Source: an uncultured Verrucomicrobiae bacterium | GTDB lineage: Bacteria > Verrucomicrobiota > Verrucomicrobiia > Chthoniobacterales > JAFAMB01 | Assembly: GCA_963748055.1 (NCBI GenBank) | Contig: CAVVII010000011.1 | Coordinates: forward strand, 368,915 to 432,914 | Reading direction: 5' to 3' | DNA length: 64,000 nt | In this document: piece by piece, positions 56,657 to 64,000 of the stretch | Layout of the letters: every line of letters begins with the position of its first letter | Numbering within the stretch: position 1 is the stretch's first letter | Notes under the pieces: model-generated | What the model was told of the DNA's origin: nothing | The model's input: only the letters and a program-made list of their open reading frames with translations | Databases searched by the model: none | Program-made: the position numbers and the translations under genes

Positions 56657-57415
56657 CTACTGCGCCGTCCATCCACCGTCCATGAGGATATCCGTGCCCG
56701 TGATAAAGCCCGCATCCGCGGAGCACAGGTAGAGAGCGAGCTGGCCGATTTCTTCCACGCGTCCCCAGCGGCCAAGCGGGATTTTGGAAAGAAATTGCTG
56801 ATTCAGCTCCGGGTTTTGTATCAACGCGGTATTCATCTCCGTGGCGAAGGGCCCGGGACTGATGGCGTTAACGGTGATACCCTCGTCTGCGAGTTCCAGC
56901 GCCAATGCGCGCGTCAGGCCGAGCAATGCCGTTTTGCTTGCTGAGTAGGCCGAGCGCCCTGGCAGCGAAACCCGACTCATAGAAGATGCCATATTAATAA
57001 CGCGGCCGTATCCTGTGCCCTTCATGTGCGGCACAAACGATCGGCACATCAGGAACACGCTTGTCAGGTTTGTATCCAGGACTCGGCGCCATTCTTCCAG
57101 CGTGAATTCGACCAGTGGTTTTCGAAGATTGATGCCGGCGTTGTTGATCAGGATGTGGACGCCGTTAAAAGCGTCCATGACATTCTGTTCGAGTGCGCGG
57201 ATCTGCTTCTCATCCGATACATCGACCGGAAAAACTTGCGCCTTGCCGTCTAACTTCTCTACCGCTTGTTTTACTCCGTTCAACTGCTCAACGTCGCGTG
57301 AAACGAGCGCGATGTTCGCGCCCGCAGCACCCAGCGCCAAGGCCATTGCCTTTCCCAGTCCTTTGCTGGCTCCTGTGATGACTGCCACCTTACCATTTAG
57401 CTTGTGTTCGCTCAT
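56657..57415 (-). CDS. SDR family oxidoreductase (gluconate-5-dehydrogenase-like)
   Basis: Start MSEHKLNGKVAVITGASKGLG. Motifs NNAG, S..YSASK and a PG motif. The upstream ORF extension only reads through a TGGAGT-type repeat. Confidence 0.9.
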   Translation of the reverse strand: MSEHKLNGKVAVITGASKGLGKAMALALGAAGANIALVSRDVEQLNGVKQAVEKLDGKAQVFPVDVSDEKQIRALEQNVMDAFNGVHILINNAGINLRKPLVEFTLEEWRRVLDTNLTSVFLMCRSFVPHMKGTGYGRVINMASSMSRVSLPGRSAYSASKTALLGLTRALALELADEGITVNAISPGPFATEMNTALIQNPELNQQFLSKIPLGRWGRVEEIGQLALYLCSADAGFITGTDILMDGGWTAQ

Positions 57416-57477
57416 TTCGCACGCTTTCAACCTGTCAGAATCATATGGAGAACGAGGCCGGCCGTCACGGATTGATT

Positions 57478-57540
57478 GTGGAGCGGAGTGGTGGAGTGAG
57501 GAGCAATGGAGTGGTGGAGTGTGGAGTGGTGGAGTGGTGG
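57478..57540. repeat. (G/A)TGGAGT-rich low-complexity repeat
   Basis: GTGGAGCGGAGTGGTGGAGTGAGGAGCAATGGAGTGGTGGAGTGTGGAGTGGTGGAGTGGTGG. A related block lies at 60124-60225. Confidence 0.75.
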
Positions 57541-57562
57541 AAGGCCGGAGGCACTCCAACCA

Positions 57563-57580
57563 TCGGAGGTTAGCCTCCGA
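57563..57580. repeat. REP-like hairpin TCGGAGG-TTAG-CCTCCGA (inverted orientation)
   Basis: Followed by GCATGCCGCCCGTCGGTCCGCCGACGCG, the reverse complement of the GTCGGCG-type flank. Confidence 0.65.
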
Positions 57581-57621
57581 GCATGCCGCCCGTCGGTCCG
57601 CCGACGCGTTGCTCACCGTTG

Positions 57622-58431
57622 TCACTCCTGCTGAACGGCCTTCTGATAAACCTCAAGTGCAGCAGGCATCAGTTGCTCAAGTTGATTGATCCGCGTTTCG
57701 TCTGCCGGATGTGTCGACATCAATTCCGGGGGCTTCGAACCCTGGCTTGCCGCCATCATCCTTTTCCAGAAAGACACTGACTCACGCGGATCGTAGCCGG
57801 CCCGGGCCATGTACGTAAGCCCGATCTGGTCTGCCTCCAGCTCATGCTTCCGGCTGAACGGCAAAAGGACGCCGTATTGCGCGCCGGCGCCAAGCATTCC
57901 AAGCAGTTGTCGCTGCGCCTGAGGGTCCAGGTCGGACATCGATCCCTGGATTCCCATCATCGCTATCTGTAGGGCATTTTGTTGAAAAACTCGCTGGGCG
58001 CCATGTCTCGAGGTCGCGTGTGCGATTTCGTGGCCGAGAACGGTGGCAAGACCTGCCTCGTTCCGTGTGATTGGCAAAATACCGGTGTAGACCACAATTT
58101 TTCCGCCGGGGAGGCAAAAGGCGTTCTGTGCAGGATTTTGAACCACTGCGACCTGCCACTGATATCGCTCGGAACCGGTGTCGACAACCCGGACCAATCG
58201 GGAAGCTACTCTGCGAACCAGGTCATATGCGGGACCGGATTGCACGACGCTGGAATGATTGACGACCTCACGAAAGCTCTGAAGTCCCAATTGCTGCTCC
58301 TGCGTGTCCGACAGGCCCACATGGGCTTTGCGACCAGTTTCAGGATTAACAAATGTCTCCGACGTGAGATAAACCCAACCCACGGCGATGACCGCGAAAA
58401 GTATGGGAAGGAACCTTAGCGAACGCCGCAT
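57622..58431 (-). CDS. M48 family zinc metallopeptidase
   Basis: Start MRRSLRFLPILFAVIAVGWVYL (signal/TM). HEIAH zinc motif (LGHEIAHATSRHG) and downstream ..ELEADQIG... Confidence 0.85.
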   Translation of the reverse strand: MRRSLRFLPILFAVIAVGWVYLTSETFVNPETGRKAHVGLSDTQEQQLGLQSFREVVNHSSVVQSGPAYDLVRRVASRLVRVVDTGSERYQWQVAVVQNPAQNAFCLPGGKIVVYTGILPITRNEAGLATVLGHEIAHATSRHGAQRVFQQNALQIAMMGIQGSMSDLDPQAQRQLLGMLGAGAQYGVLLPFSRKHELEADQIGLTYMARAGYDPRESVSFWKRMMAASQGSKPPELMSTHPADETRINQLEQLMPAALEVYQKAVQQE

Positions 58432-58552
58432 ATACCTGAGGGCTAATATCGCGAAGCGCGAAAGAGATTGCAATAGAGGCTCGGTCAAGAAGACCCCAAG
58501 CATTCGAGTTCAATCGGGCGCCGTGGTCCCCTTCCGCCGCCTGGGGCAATTA

Positions 58553-59080
58553 TCATTGTTGCCGCGACAGAACTAGCTCCGCTGGTTTAAACGTCTCGTT
58601 CATGGTGACCGGTTGAGCGCGTTTGACTGTTTTTTCACGTGTAACCGGTCCCGGGCGTCTAGCTTTTGCAGTTTTGACAGACATGTCCGGCTTCGGGACC
58701 GACTCATTGCCGGAGCCAATCAGCCCATCCTTGACCAAGTTCTGAACTTCGACGGCTACGGGCCGCTGTTGGGTGTCCTGGTCTTGCTTCTTCAGGAGTT
58801 CATCTAGAAAAATGTGATCTTCCTTGCTGAAAATTTGGAACGATAGATGGCCAGGATCGCCGGTCGGACTTGGAGCGTCTATTGTGCGGCGGTCAGGGGA
58901 AGCATCGGAAGTATTCTCTTGGCGAGCGATTGTCCCTCGATTTTGAGCAATCAAAGCCGCCAGGGAGAACACGATGATGCAGGTCCCAACCACGCGGACC
59001 GGTCTGATCAATACTTTCAATAGCGCGTACGTCACTGCCCCGATCAAGAGAACGAAGGCTGTGAGCAAGATGTCGCTCAT
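58553..59080 (-). CDS. hypothetical membrane protein
   Basis: 175 aa with two N-terminal TMs, then a charged, low-complexity tail. No homology recognised. Confidence 0.45.
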   Translation of the reverse strand: MSDILLTAFVLLIGAVTYALLKVLIRPVRVVGTCIIVFSLAALIAQNRGTIARQENTSDASPDRRTIDAPSPTGDPGHLSFQIFSKEDHIFLDELLKKQDQDTQQRPVAVEVQNLVKDGLIGSGNESVPKPDMSVKTAKARRPGPVTREKTVKRAQPVTMNETFKPAELVLSRQQ

Positions 59081-59307
59081 ACTGTTCTAAAATGTTCCAT
59101 TGTGGCGTCGCCTTTGTCCTTGGCGCCTTTCCCGGTTGCCCAATGGGCATCGGCACCAAAATATCAGAACATTTTTACATATGGAAGATATAATGAACAG
59201 GTATTCTTATGGAAAATACGTCTGCGGGCGTCAATAACTTGCCGGGCGCAGGCTTGCTTGAAAATGCGAGCAAACGGGACGGGAGTGGCAGGGTGACCGC
59301 TCAGCAA

Positions 59308-60114
59308 ATGAACCTCTATCGGCGGGCCGGAATGGGAAGAAGCTTAAGGCGCATCTGCGCCTCCGCCGTTCTCGGGTCCTTAATGGCGGCTGGTTTCCTT
59401 CCGATCTTGGCACTGGCGGAGGAGGGTGAGGGAGTTCGCGAGGAAATGGAGGCTTTGCAGGCGAAGGTGGCATCCCTGCAGGCGACCGTTTCCACGCTGC
59501 AGGGGCAGGTCTCGTCGCTGCAGAGCCAGTTGGCCGTAGTCCAATCCAATGCCGCACTCGCACTTGGTCCTTTCGTCACCGTCGATCCCGATGCGGAGTT
59601 TGGCGTGGTTGGTCCGCACATCACATTTAAGGGCGCCAATATTCATATCGTCAGCGGCTCGGGCTTTACCAACGACAACGACAATCCCACCGGACTTGGC
59701 AATTTGATTGTTGGCTATAACGAACCATCGGGAGGTCTGAGCAGCAGCGACCGCGGCGGGTCACACAACTTGGTGCTCGGGAGGTACAACAGGTTCACGG
59801 AAGCTGCTTTTGGCGGCCTGGTCGCAGGGGAGCTAAACACGATCAGCGGCAAAGAGGCCTCCGTTGCCGGCGGCGCGAACAACATTGCCAGCGGTTCCGG
59901 ATCCAGCGTTAGCGGCGGAATGAGCAACACCGCTAGCGATAGCCAGGCCAGCGTCAGCGGCGGCGACGGCAATGCCGCCGGCGGAACGCAGTCCAGCGTG
60001 AGCGGGGGCGTAGGCAACACTGTGACCGGGTCGGCGGCGGTAATTATCGGAGGCCAAAATGTTACGGGTAGCGCCGGCGGTTCGATCAGGCCGCAGCCGC
60101 CCTTCAACCCGTGA
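59308..60114 (+). CDS. secreted coiled-coil protein with YadA-head/Hep_Hag-like Gly/Ser/Asn repeats
   Basis: Signal peptide (..ICASAVLGSLMAAGFLPILALA). Heptad coiled coil LQAKVASLQATVSTLQGQVSSLQSQLAVVQ. Then repeated ..SV(A/S)GG..N.ASG.. units (SVAGGANNIASGSGSSVSGGMSNTASDSQASVSGGDGNAAGGTQSSVSGGVGN). No membrane anchor domain. Confidence 0.6.
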   Translation: MNLYRRAGMGRSLRRICASAVLGSLMAAGFLPILALAEEGEGVREEMEALQAKVASLQATVSTLQGQVSSLQSQLAVVQSNAALALGPFVTVDPDAEFGVVGPHITFKGANIHIVSGSGFTNDNDNPTGLGNLIVGYNEPSGGLSSSDRGGSHNLVLGRYNRFTEAAFGGLVAGELNTISGKEASVAGGANNIASGSGSSVSGGMSNTASDSQASVSGGDGNAAGGTQSSVSGGVGNTVTGSAAVIIGGQNVTGSAGGSIRPQPPFNP

Positions 60115-60123
60115 TCGGAGGAA

Positions 60124-60225
60124 TAGGAGGAGCAGGGAGTGGTGGAGTAGGAGGAGCAGGGAGTGATGGAGTAGTGGAGTAGTGGAGTAATGGAGTAGAT
60201 GGAGTAATGGGGAGTGGTGAAATGG
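60124..60225. repeat. TGGAGT-rich tandem/low-complexity repeat
   Basis: AGGAGGAGCAGGGAGTG(G/A)TGGAGT occurs twice, then AGTGGAGT AGTGGAGT AATGGAGT AGATGGAGT AATGGGGAGTGGTG. It shares GGAGTGGTGGAGT with 57478-57540. Confidence 0.75.
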
Positions 60226-60292
60226 AGCGTGAAATCGCAGCGCCGCTCATGAAGCCGAGAACCTCGACGAAGCCAACCGGAGGACCCGGGTT

Positions 60293-60330
60293 GGGGTCAT
60301 ATCTAAAAAAATGTTTTTAGATACGACCCC
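60293..60330. mobile_element. minimal foldback element, copy 4 (termini only)
   Basis: GGGGTCATATCTAAAAAAATGTTTTTAGATACGACCCC. Both termini of the ~94-bp family are joined with almost no internal sequence, followed by GGCGTTT as in copies 1 and 2. Confidence 0.75.
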
Positions 60331-60610
60331 GGCGTTTGCGGTGATCGAAGGTTTCTTTTGATGGATCCCGCGACCCCAAGCGCAGCGGACAACAGCGACA
60401 AAGACCCGCCCTCCGAGACATTTCCTCAAGCCGTCCGCCGACACGGTTTCCGGACGCGTCACGCCGGTCAGGCAGGAGCCTTACCCTACCATCGAAGGAT
60501 AACCTTCGATCACGCTCGAAAGAATCGGTGTGCCATTGAAAGCCGGGAATCTCCAGCGGGACAACAATTGCATTTCTTGCCAAGCTCCGAAAGATGAGCG
60601 TAGTAACCGC

Positions 60611-61808
60611 ATGGCGTTGACAAGCGAAATGAGGCGGTATCTGGTCGAACATCTAGCTGGCCGGCAATCGTTCATCGGCGAGCAGGTCGTTTTCGCGATT
60701 CGCTCCAGCGGCGAGATCTCGGAGCTCGGAACGGCTGACGGATCAGCAGTTGATAGATCATTTTCCCCAGCTCTTTGCGGATCTGGTTGAATATTTCCTC
60801 ACAGAGGCTGATCCCAGGACGCGAAGACGAACGATCGAGGCGGCCTTGAAACACGGAATGACAAGATGGCAACAAGGCTACGAGCTGGTTGAAGTGATTC
60901 GAGAGCTTGGGATCGTACATAGATCGATCCTGGACCACGGGATTGAGAAATTCTTTGAAGAAAACTCTCAATGGGTCAACAGCGTCACCAATGCCCGGAG
61001 AAATCTGGAGCGCCTTTTTTGAGGACTCGGTCGCCGGATCTGTGCAGCAGTACGTCGAAAATTTCACCGATCAGTTGCGAAGCGCAAATGACAAGCTCCT
61101 GAAGGCGAATGAAAGCTTGAATCTGATAGATCGAATCGAGGCTTCGACTTATCCGAACGGTCAGCCACGAACTTGCGAACGTGCTCAATACGATGAATCT
61201 CACCGTAACCTTGCTCACGACCGGCAAAGATGAGGCAATTCGTTCGGAAATGCTTAAAATTTGTCATCGCAACGTACTCGAGATGGGCGAGTTGCTAAAC
61301 GACCTGAAGGATTACTCCGTGCTGATCGCAGGAGCCGCGTCCATTCAAATCGAAGAGATCAACGTCAGGGCGTTGGGAAGCGAGCTCGAAGATTCCTTCC
61401 GTGCCGTCACGCGGGCGGCGGGCATGCGACTGGATTTGCAAATCGATCCGGATCTTGAGGTTGTACGAAGCGATCGAAAAAAGATTCGCCAGATCATTAG
61501 AAATTTGGTCACAAACGCTATCAATTATTGTCGCGAGAAACGAATCCCGATGACCGTGGTGCTCGCCTTCCGATCGTTGGATCAGGGTTCCTGGCAAATC
61601 GCCGTTAAAGATTCCGGCATAGGGATTTCCCCTGAGCACTTGGATTCGATTTTTGACGAGTTTAAGCGGGTCTCTCAGGATATAAAAGGCACCGGTCTTG
61701 GCCTCGCGATCACTAAGCGTTTGGTAGAGGAGTTAAAGGGAACTATCGAGGTTTTTTCGGAGATCGGTCAGCGGAAGTCGATTTGTGGTGACAATACCGG
61801 AGATTTAA
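60611..61808 (+). pseudogene. cytoplasmic sensor histidine kinase split by four single-base frameshifts
   Basis: Four successive ORFs in different frames together give one kinase: MALTSEMRRYL..GEISEL / ERLTDQQLIDHFPQLFADLVEYF..RNLERLF / EDSVAGSVQQYVENFTDQLRSANDKL..IDR / SRLRLIRTVSHELANVLN..NLVTNAINY..DSGIGI..GTGLGLAI..EIG / SGSRFVVTIPEI*. Junctions at GG 60728-29, T6 61015-20, AA 61134-35 and about 61769. Stop at 61806-61808. Confidence 0.75.
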
Positions 61809-61826
61809 TAATTGATAACCTTCCGT

Positions 61827-62471
61827 TCATGCCAGGTACTCAGTCTGATTTGGGGGTTCGACGGTTCCTTCACGTTGCAGCCAGCGGGCGGTTTGGGTAC
61901 ATAACATTGACCATAGAGATCCGATTGCCCATCCAGCAAGGACATCACTCGGGAAATGGACACCCAGATAAACTCTGCTGATACCTACCAATAGCGTCAG
62001 AACAAGCGCAACGGAAAGGAAGTATACCTTGCTAAGCAGACGGCGAGTCTGACGCGAAATAATACCTCCCAGGGTCAAATAGACAAGTGTCGTGCCCATC
62101 GTATGGCCGCTCGGAAAGCTACCGGGATCGAAATGAGTCAGATGTGGGACGACCTTCGGACGCTCCCGAAGGAAGAAACTCTTCAGTAAACGACTCAGCA
62201 TGAGTCCGCTGCCGAGTGACACGATCAAAAATCCGGCAGCGCGAAACCGACGTTGCAGACAAAGGAAGCCCACGGCGATCCCCGCAGCCAAGGTAAGATT
62301 TGAGCCACTGCCCAGGGAGGTTACGTCCTGAGCCGCCTGAGAAAGCCATTCAGGTCCGCGGGGAAGAGCCGGGTCGTGATCGTGTCGTAACACTCGAAGA
62401 ACACGTTCATCCAGTTTCTGGGTCGCTCCGCCTTCGACCTTTTCTACCAGGCGCGAGAAAAATCCAGCCAC
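61827..62471 (-). CDS. PAP2 family phosphatase
   Basis: KSFFLRERP, SFPSGHT and SRVYLGVHFPSDV are the three PAP2 motifs. GTG start. The upstream in-frame sequence encodes a TM-like RRFSIFVSLLVV but has no start codon after a stop, so the N-terminus may be damaged. Confidence 0.8.
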   Translation of the reverse strand: MAGFFSRLVEKVEGGATQKLDERVLRVLRHDHDPALPRGPEWLSQAAQDVTSLGSGSNLTLAAGIAVGFLCLQRRFRAAGFLIVSLGSGLMLSRLLKSFFLRERPKVVPHLTHFDPGSFPSGHTMGTTLVYLTLGGIISRQTRRLLSKVYFLSVALVLTLLVGISRVYLGVHFPSDVLAGWAIGSLWSMLCTQTARWLQREGTVEPPNQTEYLA

Positions 62472-63059
62472 AACCAGCAGCGAGACAAAGATTGAGAAAC
62501 GTCGCGGTTTCCGGGATCAGGTGAACACCCCGCGGTCTTGCTTGTGCTCGGTTGTCGTTCATTGATAGGAATGCTGAATGTTCGCATTTGAAGCAGCGTA
62601 GGGTTTCGTTGTTTCGCTCTTTGGCCGGGACGCGGCGTGACATCCTGATCGCTTGCGGGCCAAAGGCATCTTGCCTCGGATCCAAAACTATCACACAGAA
62701 CCAAAACCGAGCCGACCCGCGAATTCTCTGCGCGTGGAAACCAACGACAAACCATGAATAGTTCTGCCAAGGGAGGGAACGCAGCAGGAAACGGGGTTTC
62801 GGTTTCCAAGACACAGGTTGGCATTTCGGGTGTCGATCCACGGAACGTTCTCTTGAGTCACCCCCTCGCCATGTGGATGAGTCTTGGCGCCATCCTCGTC
62901 TGTGTCATTCGACGGCTGCTGTCTAACCGAAAAATCGGCTACCAGCATGGCGACCCAATGGGTCGCTCTCACTCGGAAAAGCCCATACCAGTCCATACCG
63001 GCGAGAAAAAGGGACCGACAATCTTGTCGATGGGAATGGAACTATGCGTAGCGGTCGGG

Positions 63060-64000
63060 ATGAGTTTGCTGAGGCGTCGGGTCAGGTACTGGAGTTCCGA
63101 AGTGAATGCCAGGAGAAAAGACTTATCGCCGGGGAGGGCTTATTCGGGTGGCAAACCCCGAGCAAGCGAGCCGACCGTCGAGGCCGTGCGAGACGAAGTC
63201 GCGCGGGAAAAGGCGCTCGCGGTCCAGGGAAAAGCGGTCGCGGTGCGAGGCACTCGGAGGGAAGTTGTGTGGTTTCTTTTAAAAACCACTGCGACGCAGT
63301 GGATCAATGACAAGTGCCCACAAATCGGCGCAGCGTTGGCCTATTTTACCGTCTTTTCGCTCGCGCCGCTCGTGCTGATACTCTTGGCCTTTTTCGGCCT
63401 TTTCTTTGGCAGCGAACACGCGCGTGACAAAATTATCGAGCAATTGCAGTACCTGGTCGATCCAAGCGGGATCAAAGTGATCCAGGAGATTGCCGCGAGT
63501 GTATCGAAGCCTCAAAGTGGCATTTTAGCCACCGCGCTCGGTATTGTCGTGGGATTATTCGGTGCCAGCGGTGTGTTCGGCCAACTACAGGAAGCGCTCA
63601 ACACAATCTGGGGTGTAAAAGCAAAACCAGGCGCGAGTATATGGGCTTTCTTCAGGGCGCGCTTTTTATCTTTTGCGATGGTGGCCGGCGTTTGTTTTCT
63701 GCTGTTGGTTTCTCTAACGGTTGAAAGCGTTCTCAGGGGTTTGAGCGCCTATTTTCAAAACCTGCTGCCCGGCGGGCACATTTTGGCCCTCATCCTTTTC
63801 CTTGTCCTGGACGTTGGGGTTGTCATTGTCCTGTTCGCGATGATTTTTCGCTTTCTGCCCGATATAAAGATTGGATGGCGCGATGTTTGGATAGGAGCTT
63901 CACTAACGGCCGCTTTGTTCGTTATCGGGAAGTTTATTCTTGGCCTTTATTTGGGAAGCGGTGCGGCGGGTTCAGCGTACGGCGCCGCCAGTTCGCTGAT
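63060..64000 (+). CDS. YihY/BrkB (virulence factor BrkB) family membrane protein, 3'-partial at window edge
   Basis: Not in the ORF track because no stop occurs before the window end. The frame starting at 63060 reads ..WINDKCPQIGAALAYFTVFSLAPLVLILLAFFG..SGVFGQLQEALNTIWGVKAKPG..FLLLVSLTVESVL.., typical of YihY. ATG 63060 gives a long N-terminal extension; GTG 63243 is an alternative start. Confidence 0.75.
   Translation, partial: MSLLRRRVRYWSSEVNARRKDLSPGRAYSGGKPRASEPTVEAVRDEVAREKALAVQGKAVAVRGTRREVVWFLLKTTATQWINDKCPQIGAALAYFTVFSLAPLVLILLAFFGLFFGSEHARDKIIEQLQYLVDPSGIKVIQEIAASVSKPQSGILATALGIVVGLFGASGVFGQLQEALNTIWGVKAKPGASIWAFFRARFLSFAMVAGVCFLLLVSLTVESVLRGLSAYFQNLLPGGHILALILFLVLDVGVVIVLFAMIFRFLPDIKIGWRDVWIGASLTAALFVIGKFILGLYLGSGAAGSAYGAASSL

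Noticed and set aside
60111-60235. Possible CRISPR array or coding repeat in the TGGAGT-rich block.
   Set aside because: The period is only 7-9 nt (one 23-nt unit occurs twice), with no spacers of unique sequence and no cas genes. It is a microsatellite-like repeat.

Overview
This 64-kb window looks like chromosomal DNA from a diderm environmental bacterium and is moderately GC-rich by eye. The gene content suggests a Verrucomicrobiota/PVC-like soil lineage: a complete MoxR-DUF58-DUF4381-BatA-E operon, large soluble PAS/GAF kinases and a ChvE-type sugar ABC system. That placement is a low-confidence inference.

Main content:
1. Two paralogous modules, each a soluble multi-PAS/GAF histidine kinase plus a REC-LuxR response regulator, lie in inverted orientation (1993-5642 and 42444-46411). 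The right-hand copy is preceded by an orphan T6SS hcp gene.
2. An eight-gene MoxR/Bat operon spans 21610-30455.
3. A chvE-gguA-gguB-like sugar ABC operon sits beside a divergent LacI regulator with lac-like operator palindromes (12902-18271).
4. Housekeeping and accessory genes include a UvrD-like helicase, Prc, FkpA, a CusRS-like two-component system, MscS, GNAT, CAX, PstB, a cupin PGI, an aldo/keto reductase, a DUF853 ATPase, SDRs, an M48 peptidase, PAP2 and a partial YihY.

Unusual features:
- A 380-bp tract (11530-11909) has almost no T on the + strand and is open in all six frames.
- There are at least five dispersed repeat families. One is a 245-bp multi-hairpin MITE-like element in two inverted copies. 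Another is a ~94-bp foldback element in four copies.
- The load of broken genes is high. Some are clear remnants (xylA, asnB, YugP-like peptidase, DeoR and SDR fragments). Many otherwise intact genes are interrupted by single-base indels, mostly in short homopolymers. These could be real decay or sequencing error.

I recognised no CRISPR array, rRNA, tRNA, transposase or integrase.
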